NCBI GenBank assembly: GCA_028684095.1
Contig: JAQUGQ010000007.1
Location: 13,489 to 77,488, forward strand
DNA: 64,000 nt
From: Clostridia bacterium
GTDB taxonomy: Bacteria; Bacillota; Clostridia; TANB77; CAG-465
Direction of reading: 5' to 3'
This document shows, one piece after another, positions 1 through 10,503 of the stretch (position 1 is the first letter of the stretch; every line of letters begins with the position of its first letter). The translations under genes were made by a program, and so were the position numbers. The notes beneath the pieces were generated by a model that saw nothing but the letters and a program-made list of their open reading frames with translations, was not told the DNA's origin and searched no databases.

Positions 1-450
1 TGTATCATGTCTTATTCCTTTATCATTAAATATCCTATATATACTAGTTTGCTCAGATTCACCATATCTCAAAACATAATATGGAAGTATTTTTTTATAT
101 TTATCATATACAAAATATACTTCAGATTCTTTTCCTCCTAAACTTACACTTTTTCCATCATTTAAGAAAAACATATAACTATCATCTTTTGATTTTAAGT
201 AAACACAATCATCTACTCTTGCTATTTGTGAATATTCTGGCTTTAAAACAACTGATCCATTTGTTTTAGATATACCATAACCTGTTTCTTTATTTTCAAT
301 AATAAAATACAAATTGTTTTGTTCACTTTGATTATTATTTTCCTCTTTATTTGATGGAACTTTATAAATAATAATTAATATCGCAATTAGTATAATTACT
401 ACCGATACTATTGAAATTAAAATTAAAATTGTTTTTCTATCAGTCATCAT
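1..450 (-). CDS. hypothetical membrane-anchored protein (C-terminal part lies beyond window start)
   Basis: Absent from ORF track (no in-window stop). ATG at 448-450 with SD GGAGATAGA (rc of 451-459). 150 open codons run to base 1. N-terminus MMTDRKTILILISIVSVVIILIAILIIIYK is a single TM anchor. Confidence 0.5.
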   Translation of the reverse strand, partial: MMTDRKTILILISIVSVVIILIAILIIIYKVPSNKEENNNQSEQNNLYFIIENKETGYGISKTNGSVVLKPEYSQIARVDDCVYLKSKDDSYMFFLNDGKSVSLGGKESEVYFVYDKYKKILPYYVLRYGESEQTSIYRIFNDKGIRHDT

Positions 451-521
451 TCTATCTCCTTTAATTATTATATATTATCATAAAATAAAATTAAATTCAA
501 TAGCATATACTAAAAATTATT

Positions 522-568
522 AAAAAACACAAAATTCAAACTTTATTACTCAAATTTTGTGTTTTTTA
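522..568. terminator. bidirectional rho-independent terminator hairpin downstream of scpA
   Basis: AAAACACAAAATT (524-536) pairs with AATTTTGTGTTTT (553-565). A-run before, T-run after. Confidence 0.7.
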
Positions 569-570
569 AT

Positions 571-1362
571 TTATTCTGCTATTTTTGATAGGTCATATTC
601 AATTGTTGTATTGATATTTTTTGTAATATAAATATCTGAAAATAGTTCTTTTTGATTTACATATATTTGTTTTAGTTTTGTAAGCTCCAAAGTTCCCAAA
701 AAAGCTGTAACGACTTCTAAACTATTAGTTGCTTTAATATTAAATAATTTATTAAATATGAGACAATCATTTTTTTCTAAATATGATATTATTTGATTTG
801 CTTTATCTTTAACAGTTATTTTTTCATATAAAGCCAATTTCTCAATCTCTTTAGCATTTACATTTATTTTATTAATATTTCTATTTAAAACTTCACTATA
901 AACTTTATATATTTCATTTATTTCAAAATTTTCACCTGTATACTGAATTAATTTTATAAATTTGATTTTTTCCATAGGCTTGTCAAACGTCCCAAAATTA
1001 GATTGGTACATTTGATTAATAGTTCCACTAATTTCTTTATACTTTTTATACTCAATAATTCTTGATATAATATCCTCTTCAGTTAATTCATCATTAGTTT
1101 TTTCTTCCAATTCTGGGAGTAGTTTTTTAGACTTAATATCAAGTAATGTTGAAGCCATAACTACAAAACTACTTGTAATATCAAGATTTAAATCTGATAT
1201 TTCATTTAGATACTCAATATACTTATCAGTTAAATCACTAAGTGAAATATCAAATATATTCATCTTATTCTTAGAAATAAGAAATAAAAGCAAGTCTAAC
1301 GGACCCTCAAAATTATCTATAACTATATTATAATCATTATTATTATTTAAAAAATCTTTCAT
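571..1362 (-). CDS. scpA: segregation and condensation protein A (kleisin)
   Basis: 263 aa. N-terminal FEGPLDLLLFLISKNKMNIFDISLSDLTDKYIEYL is the typical ScpA signature. Confidence 0.85.
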   Translation of the reverse strand: MKDFLNNNNDYNIVIDNFEGPLDLLLFLISKNKMNIFDISLSDLTDKYIEYLNEISDLNLDITSSFVVMASTLLDIKSKKLLPELEEKTNDELTEEDIISRIIEYKKYKEISGTINQMYQSNFGTFDKPMEKIKFIKLIQYTGENFEINEIYKVYSEVLNRNINKINVNAKEIEKLALYEKITVKDKANQIISYLEKNDCLIFNKLFNIKATNSLEVVTAFLGTLELTKLKQIYVNQKELFSDIYITKNINTTIEYDLSKIAE

Positions 1363-1377
1363 ATTATTTCCTTATAA

Positions 1378-2103
1378 TCACTCTATTACCGACTCTAGAG
1401 CTATCTCTATCATATTTTTAAATGAATTCTCTCTATCTTTAGAAGAAACTAATGTCTTTTTTGCATGTGAATCTGATACTGACAAAAGACATGCAGCTTC
1501 TTTATTTAATATATTTGCTACATGAAATAGTCCAAAACACTCCATATCTGCACACATACAATTTATATCTTTTGGAATTCTATTTAGTAATGATTTCACA
1601 TCAATATAATAGTCAAAGCCATCACTTGTAAGAATAGTTCCCCTTTTCACTTTAATATTTAATCTATTAGAAACATTGTCAAGTAAATTTGTAAGTTTAC
1701 TTGATGGTGTCATTACTTTATCCGTGCAGCCGCTAAAAGTTAATGCAAAAGCACTCTCACTATATGCATTGTTTACAAGAACTGTATCTAACAGATCTAA
1801 ATCTTTAGAGTAAGCACCGCAAGACCCAATTCTTATAATTTTTTCAACTCCATAAAATTTAAATAATTCATATGAATATATACCCATACTAGGCATACCC
1901 ATACCGCTGCCCATAACAGATACTTTCTTTCCTTTATACATTCCTGTAAACCCTAGCATTCCTCTCAATTCGTTAAAACAAACCACATTATCTAAATATT
2001 TATCTGCAATAAATTTAGCACGTAGTGGATCCCCAGGCATAAGAACAATTTTTGCTATATCCCCATAATTTGCACTGTTGTGAATAGTTGGTGTATCTGA
2101 CAT
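1378..2103 (-). CDS. deoD: purine nucleoside phosphorylase, DeoD type
   Basis: 241 aa. Motifs GDIAKIVLMPGDPLRAKFIA, VSVMGSGMGMPSMGIYSYEL and RIGSCGAY indicate the PNP/UDP phosphorylase family. Confidence 0.85.
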   Translation of the reverse strand: MSDTPTIHNSANYGDIAKIVLMPGDPLRAKFIADKYLDNVVCFNELRGMLGFTGMYKGKKVSVMGSGMGMPSMGIYSYELFKFYGVEKIIRIGSCGAYSKDLDLLDTVLVNNAYSESAFALTFSGCTDKVMTPSSKLTNLLDNVSNRLNIKVKRGTILTSDGFDYYIDVKSLLNRIPKDINCMCADMECFGLFHVANILNKEAACLLSVSDSHAKKTLVSSKDRENSFKNMIEIALESVIE

Positions 2104-2120
2104 ATTAAATTCTCCTTGTA

Positions 2121-2534
2121 TTAATTTTTTTTAAAACCTCTTCTATATAGATATTGTTTTATTTTATTTTCATCTAATGATTTAGATTTTGTATTAAATA
2201 TTTTTTCAATTATTTTATCTTCATATTTACTTGAAACCAAAAAATTCAACTTATTTTCTAAAATATCTTTTTTAATTCCCTTTAATTTTAACTTTTCTTT
2301 AATCTCATAAATTGAATATTTAAGAATTCTTTCATTTTGTTTTATGTAAGAATTTACATAATCAATATCGTTAATATAACCAAACTCAGACAAGTATCTG
2401 ATTACTTTATCAATTATATTTTCATCTACTTCTAATCTCTTAAGTTTTATTATAACTTCATATTCTGTTTTTTTAGATATTCCAAGATATTTTATAGCCT
2501 TAAACTTTGCTTCTTCAAAGTCCATACTATCCAC
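2121..2534 (-). CDS. recX: RecX-like recombination regulator (short form)
   Basis: 137 aa helical-repeat protein. Overlaps the recA stop by 8 nt (2527-2534) in the conserved recA-recX order. Shorter than typical RecX. Confidence 0.65.
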   Translation of the reverse strand: MDSMDFEEAKFKAIKYLGISKKTEYEVIIKLKRLEVDENIIDKVIRYLSEFGYINDIDYVNSYIKQNERILKYSIYEIKEKLKLKGIKKDILENKLNFLVSSKYEDKIIEKIFNTKSKSLDENKIKQYLYRRGFKKN

Positions 2535-3597
2535 TTACTTCTTCGGTTAACGTTTCTTGTTCATCTAATATACCAGCTTCAGGTATTTCTCCCATACTTT
2601 TTTCAAATGCTTTTGCAAAATTCTCTCTAACTTTTTTTTCAATTTCTTTCATTATCAAAGGATTATCTTTAAAGTACAACTTTGCATTTTCTCTTCCTTG
2701 ACCAATTTTTTGACCATTATATGCAAACCAAGAACCACTCTTATTAACAATATCTAAAGTTGCAGCTAAATCTAAAACACATCCCTCATTTGATATACCT
2801 TCACCATAAACGATATCAAACTCTGCTTCTCTAAATGGTGGTGCAACCTTATTTTTAACAACTTTAACTTTAGTTCTTGTTCCCATAACTTCACCATTGA
2901 TTTTTATTGCTTCTTGTTTTCTTATGTCTAATCTAACAGATGAATAAAATTTAAGTGCTCTACCTCCTGGTGTAGTCTCAGGATTACCAAACATAATTCC
3001 AACTTTTTCACGTAGTTGATTTATAAATATAACTACTGTTTTAGACTTGCTAATTACTCCAGTTAATTTCCTTAATGCTTGTGACATAAGTCTTGCTTGC
3101 AAACCGATATGACTGTCTCCCATTTCACCATCAATTTCAGCCTTTGGTACAAGTGCTGCAACTGAGTCTATTGTTATAATGTCAACTGCTCCGCTACGTA
3201 TCAATTGTTCTGTAATTTCTAAAGCTTGTTCACCAGTATCTGGTTGTGATACTACTAAATTATCAACATCGACACCTAATTTCTTTGCATATATAGGATC
3301 TAGTGCATGTTCTGCATCAATAAATGCAGCTATGCCCCCTAATTTTTGTGCTTCAGCAATTGCATGTAGTGCAACTGTTGTCTTACCAGATGATTCTGGT
3401 CCAAATATTTCTATAACCCTGCCTCTTGGATAACCACCAATGCCAAGTGCTATATCTAAACTAAGAGCCCCACTTGGAATAGAATCAATATTTACATTTG
3501 AAACTTCACCAAGTTTCATAACAGAACCTTTACCAAAATTTTTTTCTATTTGTGCCATTGCTATATCAAGTGCTTTCTTTTTTTCTTCTGAAATCAT
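2527..3597 (-). CDS. recA: recombinase RecA
   Basis: 356 aa. Motifs [12 protein letters not shown] (Walker A), [12 protein letters not shown] and [13 protein letters not shown] are unmistakable RecA. Confidence 0.98.
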   Translation of the reverse strand: MISEEKKKALDIAMAQIEKNFGKGSVMKLGEVSNVNIDSIPSGALSLDIALGIGGYPRGRVIEIFGPESSGKTTVALHAIAEAQKLGGIAAFIDAEHALDPIYAKKLGVDVDNLVVSQPDTGEQALEITEQLIRSGAVDIITIDSVAALVPKAEIDGEMGDSHIGLQARLMSQALRKLTGVISKSKTVVIFINQLREKVGIMFGNPETTPGGRALKFYSSVRLDIRKQEAIKINGEVMGTRTKVKVVKNKVAPPFREAEFDIVYGEGISNEGCVLDLAATLDIVNKSGSWFAYNGQKIGQGRENAKLYFKDNPLIMKEIEKKVRENFAKAFEKSMGEIPEAGILDEQETLTEEVSG

Positions 3598-3875
3598 ATT
3601 ATCCTCCTTAAGATACTCAAACGTTTGTTTGACATTATTATACTATTTAAAAAATACTTTGTCAATACTTTTATTCAAAAAACTAAAAAAAACATTAACA
3701 TTTTTAAAACTAACGTTTGTTTTTATCTTTTTCAACATTATAAAACAATATTATATAACATCATGTATGAATAAAAAATATATATAATACAATGATTAAA
3801 GAGATTATATACCATTCAAATTTATTTTTCAAGTGTTTCAAATTAATTTGACAATATATTATATAAGTTATCACT

Positions 3876-3912
3876 AAAAATAAAACATTATAGATATACC
3901 TATAATGTTTTA
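3876..3912 (-). terminator. rho-independent terminator after acyl-CoA ligase gene
   Basis: AAAACATTATAG (3882-3893) pairs with CTATAATGTTTT (3900-3911). T-run follows on the minus strand. Confidence 0.75.
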
Positions 3913-3927
3913 TTAAATTTTATGATT

Positions 3928-5640
3928 TTAGTTGTTTTTATTCATTTCAGCAAATCTTTTTATTTTCAAAGTAGTTGTTTTTTCAAACTGATCGTTCTTT
4001 ATTTCTAATTTTTTAACTGCTTTATATGGTACTAATTTTCTGTTAATCTTTTTTATTTCTTCCCATATTATTTTATGTAACTGTTCGTCAGAAGGTCTGT
4101 TTGAAGTATACATCTCTTCTATATATTCTTCATCTAATGTAACTTTGACAGCTACTTCTATATCATTTTGAGCATCGTCATATCCATATACCATAGATTC
4201 TGAAACAAAAGGTATCTTATTTATGAAATTTTCTAGTTCTTCTGGATATATGTTTTTTCCATTTTGTGTTACTATTACATTTTTTGTTCTCCCTGATATC
4301 ACTAAATTCCCTTGATTATCAAAATAACCAATGTCACCAGTATAAAACCAACCTTTTTTAAGAACTTTCTTAGTTTCTTCTTCATCTTCATAATATCCAA
4401 GCATAACATTAGGTCCTTTAACCATGATTTCACCAGAATTTTCTATTTCATCTTCTTTTAAATCAATTCGTATTTCAACATTTTTTATAGCTGTCCCAAC
4501 AGTACCAGCTTTTCTATTTTTAACTAATGTACCTGATACAAGAGGCGAAGTTTCTGTAAGTCCATATCCTTGAAGTATAATGAATCCCAAACCTTCCATT
4601 ACATCAATAGTTTCCTTGTCAGCTGGAGCTGCTCCTACTAATATACATTTTAAGTTACCACCTAAGTTATCATGTATTTTTTTAAATATTTTTCTTCTTA
4701 TTTCAGTTTTTGCACTACCTAGAAATGAACTCATTTTGACAACTGTATCAACTAGTCCTTGTTTGTTTTCTTTTTTTATTGTTTTTAGTATTTTTTTCTT
4801 TATATTATCTACAAGTAGTGGAACACATGTTATACAATCAGGCTTCATATCTGTTAAATTTTGAATTATATATCTCAATCCTTCGCATATTCCAACACTA
4901 CCACCTTCACTTAGGACAGATAAATAAGTTATTGTAAATTCATATGTATGATGAATTGGTAAAAAAGATAAAAATCTAAGTCTAGTTTGTTCTCCATATG
5001 AATAAGCAATTGAATATATATTACTAGTTATATTGTTATGTGATAACATAACACCTTTTGAATTTGAAGTTGTTCCAGATGTAAACAATAGTATCTTAAA
5101 TTCATTTGGATCTATTTTTTTATCAATATATTCATGGTTTCCAGTATCAATTAACTCTTTGCCTTCTAGTAACAACTCGTCAAATGAGAAGGATTCATCA
5201 TCTGATTTATCTTTATCCATTTCAATATATATCATATCTTCAGGTAATTCTTTTCTTAATTCATCGATTATTTCTTTTTTCTTACTAGAATATACAATAC
5301 ATTTTGATTTAGATCTATTTATTAAATTCAATATCTCATTTGTGGGTAATTCTTTATCTAACGGAACAATAATTCCTATTCCACAAACAGTAGCCATATA
5401 AGTTACAAACCACTTATAACTATTTTCTCCTATAACAGCCACTTTTTCATCTTGTAGTTTGAATTTTTTAAACATTGCTGTTCCTAAATTAAGAACATCT
5501 TCTTTAATTTGTTTGTATTTTATTTCATCAAATTTATTTGTTTTTTTATTTCTTTCTATTATTGCTGTCTTATCCTTAAATATTTCACATCTTTTTAATA
5601 TGAGATCTTTTAAAGTATCCATTTTTTCTATTTTTTGCAT
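3928..5640 (-). CDS. long-chain acyl-CoA synthetase (AMP-binding enzyme)
   Basis: 570 aa. Motifs LLFTSGTTSNSKGVMLSHNN, QGYGLTETSP and YTGDIGYFDNQGNLVISGRTKNVI indicate the adenylate-forming family. Confidence 0.85.
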   Translation of the reverse strand: MQKIEKMDTLKDLILKRCEIFKDKTAIIERNKKTNKFDEIKYKQIKEDVLNLGTAMFKKFKLQDEKVAVIGENSYKWFVTYMATVCGIGIIVPLDKELPTNEILNLINRSKSKCIVYSSKKKEIIDELRKELPEDMIYIEMDKDKSDDESFSFDELLLEGKELIDTGNHEYIDKKIDPNEFKILLFTSGTTSNSKGVMLSHNNITSNIYSIAYSYGEQTRLRFLSFLPIHHTYEFTITYLSVLSEGGSVGICEGLRYIIQNLTDMKPDCITCVPLLVDNIKKKILKTIKKENKQGLVDTVVKMSSFLGSAKTEIRRKIFKKIHDNLGGNLKCILVGAAPADKETIDVMEGLGFIILQGYGLTETSPLVSGTLVKNRKAGTVGTAIKNVEIRIDLKEDEIENSGEIMVKGPNVMLGYYEDEEETKKVLKKGWFYTGDIGYFDNQGNLVISGRTKNVIVTQNGKNIYPEELENFINKIPFVSESMVYGYDDAQNDIEVAVKVTLDEEYIEEMYTSNRPSDEQLHKIIWEEIKKINRKLVPYKAVKKLEIKNDQFEKTTTLKIKRFAEMNKNN

Positions 5641-5654
5641 AATGACCCTCCTAA

Positions 5655-6497
5655 TTAATCTATAATAAATTTAACATTTTTAATAAAGTAGTTTGTTCCT
5701 CTATCATCTAACTTTTCTAATTCATATTCTATTAAAGGTAATTCATTTTTATACTCGTTTGCAATAGATGTAGCATCTAATTGTAGCCCATTCAATACAT
5801 ATTCTTTCATACTTTGTCTTATAATATCTTGGTTTGTTTCTTTGTCTGCATATAATTTAAATGTATTTTTAGTTGATATATATACGTGATTTAAATCATT
5901 AATGTCATATTCAACATTCAATGCATAAATAGTAAGTTTATAAGTCTTATCATTTTCTTTTAACTCTTTTACCACTTGAAATTCTTCGGCCGAACCAAAT
6001 CCCATCGGATATTTACAAAAGACATCAAATTCGCTACTATATCCTATAGGAAGACTAAATTTATCTTTTTTTACTATTTTAATACTAGTTCCAAATATTT
6101 CTTCTGCCGCCTTTTGAACTACATCTGATTTATAACCAAGAAATTCACCCCCACCAATTGTATAGTTAATAGAAGTACCTTGTTCTTTCTCTAAATTACA
6201 AATTGCTGCATATATAATATATTCGTCTGACATTTTATCTACACTATTTTGAAGATACTTAGGTACGAAATCAAATATTTCTTTCGCAAGCTGACTATTA
6301 ATATCTATATTTGAATATTCAGTTTTATATACATCAATATTTTTATTTTCTACAAAATTGTTTAATAAATCACTTTGAACAATATCTTTATTCTCATCTC
6401 CTAAACCACTATTTTTTGTGATTATATATGAAACTAATATCACAATAACTAATATAACAATTGTTACCATTGAAATAATCATGACTCTTTTATTCAT
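5655..6497 (-). CDS. hypothetical membrane-anchored protein
   Basis: Start moved to ATG 6497 (SD GGGTGA upstream). One N-terminal TM (IISMVTIVILVIVILVSYII) then a soluble domain. No motif recognised. Confidence 0.6.
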   Translation of the reverse strand: MNKRVMIISMVTIVILVIVILVSYIITKNSGLGDENKDIVQSDLLNNFVENKNIDVYKTEYSNIDINSQLAKEIFDFVPKYLQNSVDKMSDEYIIYAAICNLEKEQGTSINYTIGGGEFLGYKSDVVQKAAEEIFGTSIKIVKKDKFSLPIGYSSEFDVFCKYPMGFGSAEEFQVVKELKENDKTYKLTIYALNVEYDINDLNHVYISTKNTFKLYADKETNQDIIRQSMKEYVLNGLQLDATSIANEYKNELPLIEYELEKLDDRGTNYFIKNVKFIID

Positions 6498-6535
6498 TAA
6501 TATCACCCACAAACCTTATTATATACTATTTGACA

Positions 6536-6576
6536 TCTAAAAACAATGTTTTCTACAAAAAAACATTGTTTTTAGA
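6536..6576 (-). terminator. hairpin downstream of second acyl-CoA ligase gene
   Basis: TCTAAAAACAATGTT (6536-6550) pairs perfectly with AACATTGTTTTTAGA (6562-6576). There is no clean distal T-run on the minus strand. Confidence 0.5.
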
Positions 6577-6607
6577 TATTTTAATATAATATTTTCCGAT
6601 AATTATA

Positions 6608-8467
6608 TTACTTTTTTTCTAACTTTTTCTTTTCTTCATCTTTTTTTAATTCTGCAAATCTTTTTATTTTAAGTGTAGTAGTTTTTTCAAATTCATCATC
6701 TTTTATTTCTAAATGTGTTATTGCCTTGTACGAAGTAAGTGTTCTGTTCAGCATTTTTATAGCATTCCATATTATATCATGTACTTCTTTTTTTGATAAA
6801 GGTATACTGTGATGTTCAGCGATATATTCATCATTTACTATGACTTTTACAGCTATTTTTAAATTATCTTTATCTCCATCTTCCATTCCATAAACCATAC
6901 ATTCTTTTATGTATGGTATTTTAGCTAATATTATTTCTAATTCTTCTGGATATATATTTTTACCATTACTCGTTACTATTACATTTTTACATCTACCTGT
7001 TATATATAAATATCCTTCTTCATCCATATAACCAATATCTCCAGAATAAAACCACCCATCTACTATAACCTCTTTAGTAGCTTCTTCATTTTCATAATAT
7101 CCAAGCATTAAAGTAGTACTTTTAATTAATATTTCACCTTCGCCATTTTCATTTGGATTCATTATATTAATTTCAGAACAAGGTACCGCAATACCTGCAG
7201 ATCCAACTTTAGGCTTAATTTCTGGAGTAAGAGCAGCTATTGGAGCAGTTTCAGTTAGTCCATAACCTTGCAAAAATGTTATACCTATATCCTCTACCCA
7301 TTTTCCTATTTTAGCATCAATAGGAGCAGCAGCACTTACTATTATTCTAATATTTCCACCCAAATTATCATATATTTCACTAAATACTTTTCTTTTTATA
7401 TCTATATTTACAGCCTTTAAAGCATTAGTTACATGTATCATCGAATTTACAATACCTTCTTTTTTGCTCTTCTTAATACTTGCTGTTATTTTCTTATACA
7501 AATTTTCAACAAGTAAAGGTACTGCAAGCATCACTGTAGGTTTTGTTTCTTTAAGATTTTGTACAATATATTTTAATCCTTCACATACTGCTATAGAAGC
7601 ACCTATAGATATAGGCACTAAAAATCCAATTGTAGATTCATATGTATGATGTAACGGCAATATAGAAAATAATCTATCTTTGCTGTAAATTGTAACATAT
7701 GAAAGTGAACCATATATATTATCTGCTAAATTTCTATTACATAACATAACACCCTTAGAACTTGAAGTTGTACCTGAAGTAAATAATAACACTTTAAATT
7801 CATCTGGTTCTATTTTAGTAGAAAGTAACGTATTATTACCACTTTTGTATAACTGTTTACCAATATTAGCAACATAATTAAATCCAACATCATTATTTAC
7901 TATTTCTTTATTAGAATACATTTCCACAAAGTAAGATACATTCTGTAAATTATTTTTTATTTTATCAATAACTTCTTTTTTACGTGGTGAATAAATTATA
8001 GCTGAAGCATTACTCCTTTTAATAATATTTTCAATTTCATTAGCTGGTAATTCCTTATCGACAGGTACTGCAATAATGCCACCGCATAAAAGAGCCATAT
8101 ATGAAACATACCAATTATATGTGTTTTCACCTATTATTACAACCCTTTTATCTTTAATTTCAAATAGATTAATAAGTCCTGTGCCAAATCCTATTACATC
8201 TTCTCTAAATTTCGAATAAGAAATCTCAGTATATTCTTCTTTGTGATCAAATTTTTCAACTATACAAATATTATCCTTAAACTTTTCTGTTACTTCATCA
8301 AACATCTCCTGAATAGTACTATATCTTTTAACATTATAATTTATTAAATCTTTTTTTTCTTTTAGTTTCTCATATTCTATTTTTAACTCTTCGATATTTA
8401 ATATCCCGGGCATTTTAAACTTTGGAATCTTGAAATCAGGTATCTTAAAATCTTTTAATATTCTCAT
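6608..8467 (-). CDS. long-chain acyl-CoA synthetase paralogue
   Basis: Start moved to ATG 8467 (SD AGGGGAG). Motifs LLFTSGTTSSSKGVMLCNRN, QGYGLTETAP and YSGDIGYMDEEGYLYITGRCKNVI. Clear paralogue of 3928-5640. Confidence 0.85.
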   Translation of the reverse strand: MRILKDFKIPDFKIPKFKMPGILNIEELKIEYEKLKEKKDLINYNVKRYSTIQEMFDEVTEKFKDNICIVEKFDHKEEYTEISYSKFREDVIGFGTGLINLFEIKDKRVVIIGENTYNWYVSYMALLCGGIIAVPVDKELPANEIENIIKRSNASAIIYSPRKKEVIDKIKNNLQNVSYFVEMYSNKEIVNNDVGFNYVANIGKQLYKSGNNTLLSTKIEPDEFKVLLFTSGTTSSSKGVMLCNRNLADNIYGSLSYVTIYSKDRLFSILPLHHTYESTIGFLVPISIGASIAVCEGLKYIVQNLKETKPTVMLAVPLLVENLYKKITASIKKSKKEGIVNSMIHVTNALKAVNIDIKRKVFSEIYDNLGGNIRIIVSAAAPIDAKIGKWVEDIGITFLQGYGLTETAPIAALTPEIKPKVGSAGIAVPCSEINIMNPNENGEGEILIKSTTLMLGYYENEEATKEVIVDGWFYSGDIGYMDEEGYLYITGRCKNVIVTSNGKNIYPEELEIILAKIPYIKECMVYGMEDGDKDNLKIAVKVIVNDEYIAEHHSIPLSKKEVHDIIWNAIKMLNRTLTSYKAITHLEIKDDEFEKTTTLKIKRFAELKKDEEKKKLEKK

Positions 8468-8777
8468 AAATACACTCCCCTTTATATCATCCATTTTATC
8501 ATATATATTAATTAAAATCAACTATATTTATATAAATATATGTTAAGTCAAATAAATAAAAAACAAGATATTTTTTATTTAATAATTATCATTACACTAA
8601 AACCTAACATAATCACTAATTGTATATATCATATTTTATAATTTAATCATCCCCTTTACTAGTATATTGCATATTGATTATTTTATAATATATCTTTAAA
8701 TAATTCAAGTTTAATATTGAAGTAACCTACAATTCGTGATATAATTTAGAAAATACAAATTTAGAATGGAGAAATAA

Positions 8778-9530
8778 ATGTTACATAGATTCTCAAGAAC
8801 AGAGTTGTTATTAGGAAAAGTAAGTATGAAAAAATTGCAAAATAGTAAAGTAGCTATATTTGGTATTGGAGGCGTTGGTTCATATGCTGTTGAAGGATTA
8901 GCAAGAGCAGGTATAGGAAAATTTATTCTTATAGATGATGATAAAATATGCATTACTAACATTAATAGACAAATACATGCTACAAGTAAAACTGTAGGTG
9001 TAGAAAAAGTAGAAGCCATGAAAAATAGAATACTTGAAATAAATCCAAAAGCTGAAGTTATAACTCATAATACTTTTTTTAATATTGATAAAGCAGAAGA
9101 ACTTATTTCAATAGAATATGATTATATAATAGATGCAATTGATACAATTACTTCAAAATTAGATTTAATTGTTAAAGCAAAAGAAAAAAACATTCCCATA
9201 ATATCTAGTATGGGAGCCGGAAACAAATTAGATCCAACTAGATTTGAAATTGCTGATATAAACAAAACATCTATGTGCCCACTTGCAAAAGTTATCAGAC
9301 GTGAATTAAGAAAAAGAAATATATATTCACTTAAAACTGTTTATTCTAGAGAAGAACCTTTAACACCTATAAGTGAAGATGATAATTCATTTAAAAATAA
9401 TTGTATTTGTCCGAAAGAAACTGTTAAAAAATGTACTGTTAAAAGACAAATTCCTGGAAGTATATCTTTTGTACCTTCTGTTGTTGGATTAATAATTGCT
9501 TCAGAAGTAGTTAAAGATTTAACTACTTAA
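8778..9530 (+). CDS. tcdA: tRNA threonylcarbamoyladenosine dehydratase (ThiF/MoeB-like E1 fold)
   Basis: 250 aa. RFSRTELLLG start, Rossmann motif VAIFGIGGVGSYAVEGLARAGIG, and NINRQIHA. Confidence 0.75.
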   Translation: MLHRFSRTELLLGKVSMKKLQNSKVAIFGIGGVGSYAVEGLARAGIGKFILIDDDKICITNINRQIHATSKTVGVEKVEAMKNRILEINPKAEVITHNTFFNIDKAEELISIEYDYIIDAIDTITSKLDLIVKAKEKNIPIISSMGAGNKLDPTRFEIADINKTSMCPLAKVIRRELRKRNIYSLKTVYSREEPLTPISEDDNSFKNNCICPKETVKKCTVKRQIPGSISFVPSVVGLIIASEVVKDLTT

Positions 9531-9539
9531 TTTTAAAAT

Positions 9540-9576
9540 AAAGTCCTAGTGTTTAAATTAACATTAGGACTTTATT
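9540..9576 (+). terminator. rho-independent terminator after tcdA
   Basis: AAAGTCCTAGTGTT (9540-9553) pairs with AACATTAGGACTTT (9560-9573), then a T-rich tail. Confidence 0.7.
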
Positions 9577-9679
9577 TATATTTATTCTACTATTTATTCT
9601 ACTATTTATATTTATTTAATTGATTAATGTAACAAATACAAATAAATATAAATATTATATAACTAGGAGGTACCTAAAA

Positions 9680-10489
9680 ATGGAAAAAACAAATAATAAC
9701 GGAGATTTACATAGAGATGTTATGGTGATGCCTGATTCTTATATGCCTATTAGACCACTTACAATTGGAATGAAAGCTCCTGACTTTATTGCAGACACTA
9801 CTTTTGGCACTGCTAAAATGTCAGATTACACTGGAAAATGGCTTGTATTCTTTTCACATCCAGGTGACTTTACACCTGTATGTACAACAGAATTTATTTC
9901 GTTTGCTAAGTATTACCCAGAGTTTGCAAGAAGAAACACTAGCTTACTTGGATTATCAATAGATAGCAATGCATCGCATTTAGCATGGGTATACAACATA
10001 TACAAGATGACTGGTATACAAATACCTTTTCCAGTAGTTGCTGATAGAAATATGGCAATAGCTAAGATGTATGGAATGATGCCAACTGATCAAAACATTA
10101 CTCAAACAGTAAGAAGTGTTTTCATAATAGACCCAGATCAGAAAATTAGAGCTATATTACAATATCCTTTGACAAACGGTAGAAATATTCCAGAAATATT
10201 AAGACTATTAGATGCACTACAAATCACTGATAGTGAGAATGTTGTAACACCTGCAAATTGGATGCCAGGTCAACCAGTAATAGTTCCATATCCTAAAACA
10301 TATGATGAGCTATTAGAAAGAGTTCAAAATCCAATGGGATATAACTGTATGGATTGGTATTTATGTTATAAAAAAGGTTTTGAATCTATGCAGCCAATGA
10401 TGGACTCACAACCTATGTTTACTAATACAATAGGCAATATGATGCCACAATCAAACATGAATATGTGTCAAAATTGCAATATGAATTAA
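9680..10489 (+). CDS. peroxiredoxin (Prx6/1-Cys-like AhpC/TSA family) with Met/Asn/Gln-rich C-terminal tail
   Basis: Start moved to ATG 9680 behind AGGAGG (9665-9670). FFSHPGDFTPVCTTEF is the peroxidatic-Cys motif. YNCMDWYLC lies near the usual C-terminus, followed by about 37 extra residues. Confidence 0.85.
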   Translation: MEKTNNNGDLHRDVMVMPDSYMPIRPLTIGMKAPDFIADTTFGTAKMSDYTGKWLVFFSHPGDFTPVCTTEFISFAKYYPEFARRNTSLLGLSIDSNASHLAWVYNIYKMTGIQIPFPVVADRNMAIAKMYGMMPTDQNITQTVRSVFIIDPDQKIRAILQYPLTNGRNIPEILRLLDALQITDSENVVTPANWMPGQPVIVPYPKTYDELLERVQNPMGYNCMDWYLCYKKGFESMQPMMDSQPMFTNTIGNMMPQSNMNMCQNCNMN

Positions 10490-10503
10490 ATAGGAGGTAA
10501 GCT

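Noticed and set aside
81-269. 62-aa plus-strand ORF near the window start
   Set aside because: It is antisense to the 150-codon open minus-strand frame, which has a proper SD/ATG at 450.
8711-9019. 102-aa ORF antisense to tcdA, and the antisense ORFs in recA (2507-2701, 3179-3433, 3440-3787)
   Set aside because: These are shadow ORFs inside conserved genes.
9577-9640. Considered the direct repeats (TATTTATTCTAC x2) and the TTAATTGATTAA palindrome upstream of the peroxiredoxin as a PerR/Fur operator
   Set aside because: They do not match the 7-1-7 TTATAATnATTATAA PerR/Fur consensus well enough. In DNA this AT-rich, such low-complexity repeats are expected by chance.
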